From Sphaerodactylus townsendi (taxonomy: Eukaryota): a stretch of DNA of 64,000 nt. The stretch is taken from positions 27,528,001 to 27,592,000 of the forward strand of contig NC_059440.1 in NCBI RefSeq assembly GCF_021028975.2, given 5' to 3'. Below, piece after piece: positions 24,286-35,499 of the stretch (the first letter of the stretch is position 1; every line of letters begins with the position of its first letter). Position numbers and translations under genes: made by a program. The notes beneath the pieces are model-generated. The model was not told where the DNA came from and made no database searches. It saw nothing but the letters and a program-made list of their open reading frames with translations.

Positions 24286-24831
24286 GTGGGTGCTTGCGTT
24301 GGATATCAGTACCCTGGGGCCAGCTTGGTTTTTTCCCCTGAAATGTGAAGCTGGGGCAGTGGACTTCCTTATGACATTTAGCCTCAGAGAGGCAGGGAAG
24401 CAAGACATGGGGCGGGGCCTGTGAAGTCTGAAGTCTCTCCAGTCACAAATGGGAAACATGGCCTCGGGAAGTGTCCACAGAATTCCATAACCTCCACGTA
24501 AGCTGCCCAAATTGGGTGCAAAATCTTCCTTTCTAATGGGATTTGGTGCGGGAGTCAAGTCAGCTGACAAACCCCTTTCCCCTTCCTTTCCTCACAACAG
24601 GCACCTTGCGAGGTAGGTGGGGCTGGGAGAGTTCGGAGAGCGCTGTCACTACCACAAGGTCACAGCAAGCTTTATGTGTAGGAGCACCAAAGAAAAATGT
24701 ATCTTCATGTTTAGAAAACATACAGCAGAACATTGTCAAATTACTAGCCTGCTTTGCAGAAATAAGTTTTGGATTTTGACTGCAGGATGTGCCACGGAAA
24801 GTGGGAATATCTTTCTGCTTGTTTTTCATAG

Positions 24832-24961
24832 TGTCCTGAAGGATTATTCTGTACAGCACCTTTCTGACACTTCTATCATGGTGGAGTCCATCGTCATCCA
24901 GGTGACGGCCAAGTCAGAGGACCCGATCACCAAACTCCTGCTGGTCTCATGGACCTACCAG
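24832..24961 (+). CDS. INTS11: INTS11 coding exon 16
   Basis: [24 protein letters not shown]...LLVSWTYQ. Confidence 0.93.
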
Positions 24962-25133
24962 GTGAGATTAAATTTTCCTCTTTGAGGCAGACATGGGCCT
25001 CTGTAATGATTTAAAATGTTTTGTGTGTGTTTGTTTTAAATGACAGCTAGGTTGTGGAAGGAAGGGAGGGTGAAAGAGGGCTGAGAGAGCAGGGTAATTG
25101 ACACTGGGGAGTGACTGTGCTAAACTGGGCGAG

Positions 25134-25430
25134 AGAAGAAGTAGTTATGATTTATACCGCATCTTTCTCTCCTGTAAAGAGACTCAAGGTGGATTACAAG
25201 CTCCTTTCCCTTCCTCTCCCCCAACAGACACCTTGTGAGGTAGGTGGGGCTGAGAGAGTTCTGAGAGATCTGTGACTAGCCCAAGGTCACCCAGCAGGAA
25301 CGGAGGAGTGCAGAAACACATCTGGTTCACCAGATAAACCTCTGCCACTCAGGTGGAGGAGTGGGTATTCAAACCTGGTTCTCCAGATTAGAATCCACCT
25401 GCTGTTAGCCACTACACCACACTGGCTCTC
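25134..25430 (-). mobile_element. Squam3-like SINE
   Basis: Full-length copy. Confidence 0.85.
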
Positions 25431-26050
25431 AGAGAGTCAGTCTGTGCCGTACTGAGGGAGATGCTGTCTGTGCTAAACTTACAGTGTTATATGAAGTGCA
25501 GAATCGCCAAAGATATAGGAAAAAACATTGAGAGGCGAGGAATCAAATCCTAAGATGGATTCAGAGATGTCAAGGAGAGAGTGGATTGATGTAAAGCGGG
25601 AGGCACATCAGCAGAAGTTGTTGGCTCCGTTTATTTGTCGTAAATTATTTCTTGAAACCTTTAAGCTAAAGAACATACATACAAAAATGTGTAGCTTGTT
25701 GAATGTATCCTGGAATCCCACACTAGTAATTTCCTCGGAACCACGTAGCCCTTCAAAGCTGCTTTAAGGCTCAGACGCACCAGGAGAAATTATCAAGGGA
25801 TTTGGAATTAAATTCCTGAAGGCAGTGAAATATAGAGAAAGAAAGGAATAAAATAAACGTTATTTTGCACCTGCTGTATTTATTTACAAAGAAATAAGAG
25901 AGGTGGCATCGCAGGCTGGCCAGCTTCAACTGCTGCCTGGATCCAATTTTTTACTACTTCACTTTGCCCCGCCCCTCCCCCCCTCCCCAATAACAGGCTC
26001 CTTTTGAAGTAAACGGGACTGAGAGAATTCTAAGGGAACTGTGACTAGCT

Positions 26051-26485
26051 CAGGGGTAGGGAACCTTTAACACTCAAAGAGCCATTTGGACCCGTTTTCC
26101 ATGGGAAAAGAAAACACTTGGAGCCGCAAATAATTTTTGACATTTAAAATAAAGATAACACTATATATATAGGGTTTTTTTAAACTTTTTACTCCGCTCA
26201 TTCTGAGAAGCACATGGATGCGCCCGCCCTGCTGCCTGCAGGGCGGGCAAGGATGAAGCCGGCGGCTCGGCCTTGCCGGCCGCCGGGAAAGTGCCTGCCC
26301 CACTCCAATGGGGCTGGCGAGAGGGGAAGCCTGCGGCGCGGCCCAGCCAACCGTGGGCAGTTGGTGCGCCCGCCCTGCTGCCTGCAGGACGGGCAAGGAT
26401 GGGGCCGGGGCCTCCGCTCATGGAGCCACAGTGCAAGGGCAGAAGAGCCGCATGCGGCTCTCGAGCCGCAGGTTCCCTACCCCTG
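26051..26485. mobile_element. Non-autonomous hAT (Charlie-like) element inserted in a Squam3-like SINE fragment
   Basis: TIRs CAGGGGTAGGGAACCT / AGGTTCCCTACCCCTG; TSD GACTAGCT/GACTAGCC; internal direct repeat of about 35 bp. Confidence 0.88.
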
Positions 26486-26919
26486 GACTAGCCCAAGGTC
26501 ACCCAGCAGGCTTCATGTGGAGGAGTGGGAAAACAAACCCAGTTCACCAGATTAGAGTCCGTCGCTCTTAACCGATACACCTCACTGGCCCTCTGAACCA
26601 AGCCGGCAGCACCCATCTGCCCTTATGAAATGGGCACTGTCCTCCCTTAAATGTCTAATCCTTTTTTTAAAAAAAAAGTCCTAAGAGTTACCAGTGCGAA
26701 GCCCTTTATAGCGCAGAGAGATCACGCAATTTATTCTGATTTACACCACAATAAATCTGTTGGCATTCAAGCTGTGATGCTTTTATAGAAAGAAAAAAGC
26801 AGTGTGTGTGTTTCAGGCTAGCCCTGTCAGCGTCGCAGGTCTGAATTCCAATGCAAACTAAGAAAGAGGACTTGAAGGATTTCAGAGAACGCTTTCTCCT
26901 TTTTGGTTTCCGCATCCAG

Positions 26920-26985
26920 GAAGAAGAAATGGGAAGCTATGTGATTTCTTTGCTGAAGAAGAGCCTGACTCAAATCACAGCGTGA
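26920..26985 (+). CDS. INTS11: INTS11 coding exon 17 (stop; total CDS 1803 nt = 600 aa)
   Basis: EEEMGSYVISLLKKSLTQITA*; exon lengths sum to 601 codons. Confidence 0.9.
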   Translation, partial: EEEMGSYVISLLKKSLTQITA

Positions 26986-27090
26986 CCCGCCCTCCAGGAC
27001 TTTTTTTTTGGGGGGGGGGGGAGCAAGTCTTTCAGAAGCAGTAGGAGCAGGCACACAGCAAATGCTATTGGTGTTTAGTTTACATTTTAA

Positions 27091-27096
27091 AATAAA
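27091..27096 (+). terminator. INTS11 polyadenylation signal AATAAA
   Basis: 105 nt after the stop, followed by a T-rich downstream element. Confidence 0.7.
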
Positions 27097-27514
27097 TTTT
27101 AATTACAGTATCTTTGGCCTTTTTCTGCTGAGGTGTGCCGATGAACTTACCGAGATAAAAGTCCTGTTTTGGATAGTCATCCCCTTTGCAGTCCCCAAAT
27201 ACAACAGCGTCACACTGTCTTTTACCAGACTGCAAATCTACTGGCAATTAATGCCCCCGATAGTATTAGTTTTCTTGTAAAATGCTCGCTGCTCGAAGCT
27301 GTTTCACTGATGAAAACAGAGATGCATTTGGAGACGTGCACACAAAATGCCTTCTGCCGGATGAGACCATTAGTCCTTCTGGCTCAGAACTAGCTACCCT
27401 GAGCAGCAGGGTGAGATCCTTGAGCCAGGCATGCTTGGGAGCTCCAGCGTGTAAAGAATCCTCTCGGCAGCGATCCCTGCCACTCAAGCGGCGTCTTCTC
27501 TGCGTCGAGGAAGC

Positions 27515-28591
27515 TCAATTTCCGTTTAAGGTCTGCCAAGCTACAGTGGCCCTTTTCAACAAGGTCACCGCACCCATGTCTTCCGGTTGCCGTACTTCGC
27601 CAGCGTATGGGAGATTGCAGTTCTGCCCCCCGCTGACGGTGTAGACTTTTGTGGCCCTGGTTTTGAGAGGCAGCTGGCAGCGCCACCGCTTGCGGGCCGA
27701 AGTGAAGTAGTAAAGAATGGGATTCAGGCAGCAGTTGAAGCTGACCAGCGCCAAGGTTACCCGGCGCATTTTGTAAATGAAGGTCGCAAAGCGGCAGGTC
27801 CGGAGGAGGCCGGCCCGCATCAGGAAGTGGAGCAGGTGGGTGAGGTGGTAGGGCAGGAAGCAGGTCACGCAGATGAGGAGGATCAGGTAGATGGTGCCCA
27901 GGGCTTTCCTCTTGCGGGCGCTGCGGGGGATGCGAGAGATGCGCCTGGCGATCAAGGGGTAGCTGATCAAGATGACCACGAACGGAATGGCAAAGCCGAA
28001 CACCAGGGCGCAGACGTTGTAAGGGACCATCCGCCCCCAGCTGCCCGCTCGAAAGCTCTCGAAGCAGGCCGTCCTGTTGCTTTTGCGGGAGGTCAGAGGT
28101 CCCCCCAGCACGAGGGGAATTGCCACACCCATCGCCACCACCCAGAGAAGGGCGCAGACCACGCCGTAATGGCCCCCCTTGATCCTGATGTACGCAAAAG
28201 GGTGGAGGACTGCCACGTACCGGTCGACGCAGATGCAGGTGAAGAAGGCGACGCTGAGGTAGATGTTGACGAAGTACATGCTGCCGGTGACCCTGCAGGC
28301 CACGTCGCCGAAGATCCAGTCGTTGCGGTGGAGGTGGTAGTGGATCTTGAACGGCAGGACGCAGACAAACAAGGTGTCCACCACAGCCAAGTTGATGAGA
28401 TAGACGAAGGATCTGGGCGCACCGGCCGTCTTGCAGGTCAGAAGATATAAGGCCGCTACGTTTTCCAGCAGACCCAAAACGAAGACCGTGCTGTAGACGG
28501 CGGGGAAGAAGGAATACTGGAAGTCCGCTTGAAGGAGGCACTCAGAACTGGCATTGGCCAGAGTCAAGTTAGACGGGCCTCCTCCTTCCAT
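27515..28591 (-). CDS. Orphan class A GPCR, LPAR4/LPAR6 (P2Y5)-like, intronless ORF, 358 aa
   Basis: Seven hydrophobic segments; NLAVVD (TM2), WIFGDVAC, CVDRY (TM3), ACFESF (ECL2), CFLPYH (TM6), NCCLNPILY (TM7); N-glycosylation sequons; Kozak ACCATGG at 28591. Confidence 0.93.
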   Translation of the reverse strand: MEGGGPSNLTLANASSECLLQADFQYSFFPAVYSTVFVLGLLENVAALYLLTCKTAGAPRSFVYLINLAVVDTLFVCVLPFKIHYHLHRNDWIFGDVACRVTGSMYFVNIYLSVAFFTCICVDRYVAVLHPFAYIRIKGGHYGVVCALLWVVAMGVAIPLVLGGPLTSRKSNRTACFESFRAGSWGRMVPYNVCALVFGFAIPFVVILISYPLIARRISRIPRSARKRKALGTIYLILLICVTCFLPYHLTHLLHFLMRAGLLRTCRFATFIYKMRRVTLALVSFNCCLNPILYYFTSARKRWRCQLPLKTRATKVYTVSGGQNCNLPYAGEVRQPEDMGAVTLLKRATVAWQTLNGN

Positions 28592-29061
28592 GGTGTCTGG
28601 AGAGGCTTCTGTTCGTCTCTGCAAGGGTCTGAGAGCGCTCAGCGCTCAGATCTGGGGTTCACCAGGACTTGGCAACTCCCGTTTCTCCCCTCCTCTTGAA
28701 ATGAGGGTGCTGCCGTAGCGAGTTGTTCATGTGCACTTTGGGGAGGGTGGGTGGAGGAAGCCTCTTCATCTGTTCCACAGCAACAAGCCACAGGAAATGA
28801 CGAGCAGAGCCCCGGTGCTGAGGTTTCCAGTGGAATTGAAGGCTGCAATACAGCGCAGGTGAGCTGCAATCGGACCTGGGTTACCTCCAAGGTCTTGGTG
28901 GCTCCCATCCGATTCACTGCAGACCTGCCAAGCTAGGTGCAGGTGTCCAGTGAGGGGCTGGGCTTTGTTCTGGCCCTTCTCAGCTGCCATACATAGGAAC
29001 ATAAAGCTGGACAGGACCTCAAGGGCCATTAAGCCCAACCCCATGAATAACACAAAATATT

Positions 29062-29202
29062 GGGCACTTTCGCCCGTGCAGAATAATGCACTTTCAATCC
29101 ACTTTCAATGCACTTTGCAGATTGGATTTTACTGTGCGGAATAGCAAAATCCACTTGCAAACAATTGTGAAAGTGAATTATTCTGCATGTGCGGAAGTGC
29201 CC
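29062..29202. mobile_element. Palindromic PIF/Harbinger-like MITE
   Basis: TIR GGGCACTT/AAGTGCCC; 3-bp TSD ATT. Confidence 0.8.
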
Positions 29203-29319
29203 ATTCATAGCCATGTTTTCCCCTCTCTCCTCCCCCAGTGACCCCTGCGGTATGTCCAAAACACATGCAGATCTGTTGGACCACATGATTGGAGAATCCT
29301 GTTTGGAACTACTAGATGT

Positions 29320-29500
29320 GAGTCCAGGAGCACCTTAGAGGCTGGTAGGATTTTGGGGGTGTGAGTCTTCAAGGGTCAAAGCTCCCTTCATCTCAAGCGT
29401 TCCTACCCCAAAAATCTTGTCCGGCTTTAAGGTGCTCCTAGATTCGAATGTAGCCATTCTACCGACAGACCAACACGGAGCTACCTTGTGAAACTATCTG
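29320..29500. mobile_element. Degenerate Penelope-like terminal fragment with inverted structure
   Basis: GAGCACCTTAGAG...GATTTTGGGG / CCCCAAAAATC...TAAGGTGCTC inverted pair; CCAACACGG..CTACC end. Confidence 0.5.
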
Positions 29501-29590
29501 GGACAGACATTCTTTTCACAAACACAAGCAGAGGCGTTAGTGTGAGAAAGAGTTAAAAAGCTGGGGCGGTGTTGCAAAATAAGCTACTCT

Positions 29591-29613
29591 TTTATTTCGT
29601 ACAACTTTTTTAT
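29591..29613 (-). terminator. Candidate PUSL1 polyadenylation signals (two AATAAA)
   Basis: TTTATT at 29591 and 29608 on +, about 670 nt past the PUSL1 stop. Confidence 0.6.
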
Positions 29614-30273
29614 TTTTAACATTCATCTAGTACTTTGGAACACTCGGAGTACTTGACGTACTCAATCTTGCACCTCCCCCCAAAAAAACATCCTTGCAAA
29701 GTATCTCAGTACTGTGATCTTTAATGCAGATGATAGCTGAGCGAAACCAGCTTGGAACTCAGGGCCAGAGGCAAGAACTTCTGCTTCTTGGGAACTTCTG
29801 CCTCTTGGGTTTTTGGTTCTTGGGATCTTCTCTTCACTGCTGTGCAAGAGCAGCTGAACAGCCATCCCAGGAAGGTAGCGAGGAGCTGCGCTTTCCTGCA
29901 CTAGTTCTCTACCCCTTTTTTTCAAACTCGCTGCTTTGGCCAGAAGGACTAGCTGCTTGTTTCATACAAAATCAATCTCAGAATCCTCAGGACGACCCTG
30001 CGGTGCAAATTCTGCCAGAAGTCCACAAAATAGAGAGCCCAGGCGTATGGCTCGAGACTTGTTCTTTGCTTATTTTAGGGCTGTGTCTTCCCCCAGCAGC
30101 TCTGGTGTATTTTGCACAGACACACCCATGCCTATATCAACAACAAACTGTAGATGAGGAGGGGGGGAGATGCTGACATGCCCATGGGGCAAATAGAGTG
30201 CACTTCTGGACTACCCCCTCCCCCCCAAGCCCCATTAGCAGTCTTCCACGGATCCATGATACATCCACCAAGA

Positions 30274-30308
30274 TTATTCTTCTACCTCTGCTGTTCCTGT
30301 CTCCAAAT
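30274..30308 (-). CDS. PUSL1: PUSL1 last coding exon (8)
   Basis: Polypyrimidine-TTGCAG acceptor; phase 1 continues as (D)LETGTAEVEE*. Confidence 0.75.
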
Positions 30309-30930
30309 CTGCAAACACAAGAGAGGCAAATAAACTTGTGTGTTGGAAAGGGAGCAGAAGCAAAGAATTTCCAACCCCTACCAGGTGTCCCTAAACATTT
30401 CTGTGTGGCTTCAGTTCTCACAAATTCCTATCTTCTGTTGAGTCCCCCGCTGTCAGTCCAAAGGCTTTCTATAGTCTGTGTGGGACAGCCTAACTCTCAG
30501 GAAAAAGTGTGTGTGGAGAGGAGGTTGTGTCTGATCCCAGAAGTGGTGCCACTTCCAGGCGACGCTCTTAGAATCCTTGGAATGCCTAGCCCATAAAGAC
30601 TGGGGTGGGGTGGGGTAGGGGGGTGTTCCTAGGAAGTTGCCCATCCCCTCTGGGTTCCAGCACAATTTCCCCCTCTACTTTTCCTTGATGCATGAGCTTT
30701 AGCAGAGCCCTCAAGAAGGAGGAGTAGTAGTTTGGATTTATATCCCACCATTCGTGACAATGGATCGCTTATGCAGAGAGGGAATTTCATTTGCTTCCCT
30801 GCAGAACAGTGGAATCAGCTAACGTGCCAGAGGCGAGGGAAGCTGATCAGTGGGGCAGTTAGCCGTGGCAAATTCACTTCTGTCTTTAGCTCTTAGTCCC
30901 ACCTACTTCCCAAGGTGTCTGTTATGGGGA

Positions 30931-31212
30931 GAGAAGAAGAGTTTGTATTTATACCCCACCTTTCTCTCCTGAAAAGAGACTCAAGGTGGCTTACAAACTC
31001 CTTTCCCTTCCTCTCCCCACAACAGACACGGTGGGGCTAAGAGAGTGCCCAAGAACTGTGACTAGCCCAAAATCACCCAGCAGGAATATAGGAGTGCGGA
31101 AGCACATCTGGTTCTCCAGATAAGCCTCTGCCACTCAGGTGGAGGAGTGAGGAATCAAACTCAGTTCTCCAGATTAGAATCCACCTGCTCTTAACCACTA
31201 TACCACGCTGGC
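30931..31212 (-). mobile_element. Squam3-like SINE
   Basis: Matches other copies. Confidence 0.85.
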
Positions 31213-31450
31213 ATCTCAGCTGCTCCCACCCATCTGCAGGCTCTGCAAAATAAACAACTGCATGCTGCTAAACAACCTGAAAGTGTGGGTTGCTGCACAC
31301 AATGGGGAAGAAAAGGCTTTAAAAAGTCCTTTGCATGGTAGATCCCTTCCATTATCAGGTCCCTGCACTGCCGAGAACTGTGCCAAAACCAAGCGAGGGG
31401 GAGACAGGTGCAAAGTTGTATGTCAGCAGGTCTTTTTACAGCTCCTAGAG

Positions 31451-31623
31451 CAGTGGTTCTCAACCTTCCTAATGCTGCGACCCTTTAATACAGTTCCTCA
31501 TGTTGTGGTGACCCCCCAACCCTAACATTTATCAATTTTACAAATGGAGAACACTGATGCAGAGAGTCTTAGGCGACCCCTGTGAAAGGGTCATTCAACC
31601 CCCAAAGGGGTTGCGACCCACAG
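31451..31623 (+). mobile_element. SPIN (Space Invader) hAT-derived MITE, right TIR lost
   Basis: CAGTGGTTCTCAACCTTCCTAATGCTGCGACCCTTTAATACAGTTCCTCATGTTGTGGTGACCCCCAACC matches the SPIN/URR1 5' end as I recall it; CCCCAAAGGGGTTGCGACCCACAG matches the 3' subterminus. Confidence 0.8.
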
Positions 31624-31699
31624 AGGTCTGCCTGTAGGCAGCTGATGTTCACAACTTGAAGTGGGACGGCTGAAGACAGGCACCCGCCAATGCGCCTCG

Positions 31700-32005
31700 G
31701 AGAAGAAGAAGAGTTTGATTTATATCCCACCTTTCTCTCCTGCCGTAAGGAGACTCAAAGGGGCTGACAATCTCCTTTCCCTTCCCCTCCCTCCACAACA
31801 AACACCCTGTCAGGTGCGTGGGGCTGAGAGGGCTCAGAAGAACTGTGCCTAGCCCAAGGTCACCTAGCTGGCGTGTGTTGGAGTGCACAGGCTAATCTAG
31901 TTCCCCAGATAAGCCTCCACAGCTCAAGCGGCAGAGCGGGGAATCAAACCCGGTTCTCCAGATTAGAGTGCACCTGCTCTTAACCACTACGCCACGCTGG
32001 CTCTC
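31700..32005 (-). mobile_element. Squam3-like SINE
   Basis: Full-length copy 25 nt from the PUSL1 exon 7 donor. Confidence 0.85.
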
Positions 32006-32030
32006 AGGGGGGGGGGAGGTTGTCACTCAC

Positions 32031-32193
32031 CTGCTTCACAGTATTCCACTTCCTTGAGGAAGAGTCCGTGTGCTGGTGCAATGGTGCTCTGGGGATAAGC
32101 CATCAAGTCCCTGGCCTCCAGGAGGTCCTTCACGTGGTGGGGCTGCAGACGGTTCTGGCCCACAGCCACTAGAACACCGACCATTCGCCGCAC
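32031..32193 (-). CDS. PUSL1: PUSL1 coding exon 7
   Basis: VRRMVGVLVAVGQ...APAHGLFLKEVEY (TruA C-terminal motif). Confidence 0.95.
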
Positions 32194-35091
32194 CTTGAAT
32201 GGAACCGAGGGGGGGGGGTAGGAGAAAATAGCTGAAAATTGGTCCGCAGTAAGCACGGTCTCTCGGCCTGCAGGCTTTTCGGCAGAAAGCGAACGCTTGC
32301 AAATACAAACTGAGTCAGCTGAATGCAGCTGTGCTGGGCAGATGTTTGCCAGAGGTTGAATCCCACTCCTGACAGGTTCTGCGTTTCTGTGCATCCCCAG
32401 TACAGTCCAAGACCACCCTCAATCTTATGTGTGATCTCACGGTTGGCTGCCCCAACTCCAAATATGATGTCATGGGGAGGAAACCTATTGGATCCCCCAT
32501 GGAGTGCAGCATACAGAAAAGTCACAGGAAACCGAAAAGCCAAATGAGTTTTCTCGCCTAGAAAGATCTCAAAGGAGGCAATTAGATTCCTTGGAGTTTC
32601 CTAGTTCTTTCCTGGAAGGGGGTGCTTGTTGGAAAAAACGGGAGGTAAGTCCAGGGCTGTTGTAACTAAATGGGACCTCCAAAGTGAAAGGCAGCAGACT
32701 TAGTTATTTGCCTCACTTTCTCCCCAATGGAGACGAAAAGGCGCTTAGCTCGTCCTCTTCCCCTCTATTTTATCCTCACAACAACCCTGCAAGGTGGGTT
32801 AGGATCAAAGCTCGTGACTGGCCCCACAGGTCACTCAGCCAGCTTCTATGGCACAGCGGGGATTTGAGCCTGGATTTCTCAAACCCTAGGCCAACACTCT
32901 AACCACTACACTACACTGGCATCTGAATGCCAGACACAAAAATCCCTAAGGATTTTTGTGCCCTGCTTGTGTGCTTCCAAGAGATTTCTCGTTGAGCCAG
33001 GTTGGACATTGCAAGCTGGGCCAGATGGATTTTTGGATTGGCCCCAGCAAGTCACTCACGTTAACTTCAAAACACAACAAAGAACGTTTCAAGGCTCATG
33101 AGCAGCGACACCTTCCGCCCACCCAGACAGCAGCCGCCTGTCGCTTTCACAAAACGAAACTCTCGTCACAGTCTTTCCTTTGCCAAGAGTCATGACCCCA
33201 CTCCTCACGTGTCAACTCAACTCGCCGGGGGGACTCGGCTCCTGCAGGTGTGAGGTTCTGGTGGGCGGACCGTGACCCGAAGGCAAGCGACGGCAGCCGA
33301 AACTGCGCCGCCACCCACCTGCACCCGCCAGCGAGAGATTTTTTCACACAGAGAAACCTGGAGGGGAGAGCTTGCAAACCGTGTATTGCAACGCGTTCGT
33401 GTGCCGTTTCTGGGGACAGCGGGGAGAAGAGGGGGAGGGGCAAGTGAAAGTGTTCCTCTTTTTTAAAACCACACACGCACAACCATAACCCAAACGCCCA
33501 CCTAACACATCCCCTTTACGAAAGGCAAAATGTCAACTCGGAACAAAGTGAGGGAGGAAAGCAGCCTCCCCCCCCAATCCCAGTCACCCACGTACAGTCA
33601 CACTTCAGAGAAGAACAACACATCTGCTTTCAGAGTTTCTCAGATGGCCATGCTGGCAGGGGCTGATGGGAACTGTAGTCTGTGAACATCTGGAGCACCA
33701 TAGGTTGGCCACCCCTATTCTGAGACATTACTCTCTTCATACAGATGTGGAGACCTCCCCTCTTATTAAACGACGGAGAGGGCCTACGTGGTCACTCGCT
33801 TTATAAGAAGCAGGGTTGAGATTCAGCCCCTGCTGTCGGCAGGATCCCGGATCACAAGTACCACGAGAGATCTTTCTCTGCCTGCCACCTGGGCAAGGTG
33901 TTGCTGGTCAGAGGAGATAGTTCACAGCTAAACAGACTGACTGCCTGGCCTTACATGAGGCAGGTCTGCTTTTCTCGGTAGCTCAGAGGTAGAACGCCTG
34001 TTTGGCATGCCGAACGCCTCAGGTTCAATTCCTCACCGTGGTCCGATAGCAAGAGGTGTTCTTCAATGACCATCTTGCCCCAAACCTTGAAGAGTTGCTA
34101 CCAATTAGAGTGAGAGGGACCAAGGGGTTGGATTTTTTTCAGAACCAGTGGGTCTAAAATCCAGCCCACCTGTCAAATTTAAGACCCCCAATATCTGGGG
34201 GAGGCAAGAGTTAAGAAAAACTTGTTCTACAGCCGGCAAAAATAGCCTGAATCAGTGATGTGTAGTCCAGGAGCACTCAGAGGCTCAACCAGCGTGAAAC
34301 GCCATTCCACCGCAAGTCCCTCTAAACAAACCCAACAGTCCTTATTGGTGCTTGTTGTCTAACACAGAACTCGTTTTCCACTCTGGTGGCAAGAAATTAC
34401 CACCAACAACAACCTGTTCTGCAGAGATTTTTTGGGGGAAGGGCTACTGGTGCCTTTTTATTATGTCATTTTGATGTTGTTTATGGTTTTCTTCTTAGGC
34501 CTTTTACTATTGGGTGGTGGCTTAAAGCGCCTTCATCCACCAATCGGCATGAGAGGTGAAATCCACGTTAATACCAGTAATAGATGTGGCTCTTCCAGAA
34601 TTCATCACCAGAGGGCGCCGCACATCTAAGTGGAAATGCTTTGGTTCGATGTTTTTGCTGAAATTTCCCCAGGCCCGAATTTTCGCATAGGTTGGGGTTT
34701 TTTTCGCAGCGAGATACGATTCTTGGGTGGACCTGCTTAGGTGGGGGTTTCAACCACAAAAGGTACTGTTCCTGGGTGGGCATGCTCTCAGGAGGGGGGC
34801 TTATTTTGTTTGTTTGCATTGCCTTCATCTCTCTTTTGTCGGCAAAACATTTGCTGGAGAGGGGAACTGATCGCGCTATATGCTAGGTGAAAGGTCACCT
34901 CCTTTGCCATGCTGGAGGGGGCAAAAAATTGGGATTCTTTCTGTACCTCCTGGAAAGATGTCATTCCCTGGGGGAGGGAGAGCTCAACCCTGCCACTTTA
35001 TCCCTCAGGCATGCGTGCTTTGGAGGTTAATCCAGAGTTTAACTAATTGGGGAAAGATAGACATACGCCAAGGTAAACAGGGATCCTGCAG

Positions 35092-35168
35092 ATTCCAGCC
35101 ACAGATGCAGGCGAAACGTCAGGAGAAAATGCCACTGGATCACGGCCATACAACCCAGAAAACCCACA
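35092..35168 (+). mobile_element. Penelope-like terminal fragment (partial hammerhead motif)
   Basis: CCAGCCACAGATGCAGGCGAAACGTCAGGAG...CACGGCCATAC; same family as 40388-40876. Confidence 0.7.
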
Positions 35169-35444
35169 TCACCCCAGTGATCCTGGCCCGGGAAAGCCTT
35201 CGACAATACAGTGGAAACAACTGTTGTGCTCCTAGAACCCCCCTGCCTCCAAATTCGCTTCTACCCGAACTGCCTACTAAACCTGTTCATTTCCTGATAA
35301 AATGAGGACTGTGAAGACACTGGCAGTTTCTTCCCAAAAAGAAGATTGTTCACAATCTCCCCATCGCTCAAGCAAAGGGTGGGGGGAGGAGTGTGGAAAG
35401 AAAGAACCCAAGATGAGATTTCATGATCTTATCGTCCACAGTAC

Positions 35445-35499
35445 CTGTCTGTAGAGAAACGACCGGCCTTGAAATTCCAACTCCCAGAACCTCAGCTCA
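35445..35499 (-). CDS. PUSL1: PUSL1 coding exon 6
   Basis: ELRFWELEFQGRSFLYRQ; AG/GT, 55 nt. Confidence 0.93.

Noticed and set aside
27390-28541. 383-aa alternative-frame ORF and 287-aa antisense ORF over the GPCR
   Set aside because: Expected shadows of a GC3-rich coding sequence; low-complexity R/P/L composition with no domain
33975-34045. tRNA-like sequence GTAGCTCAGAGGTAGAACG...GGTTCAATTCC
   Set aside because: No intact cloverleaf; head of an old tRNA-derived SINE, with similar decayed copies near 9050-9110, 11590 and 44900
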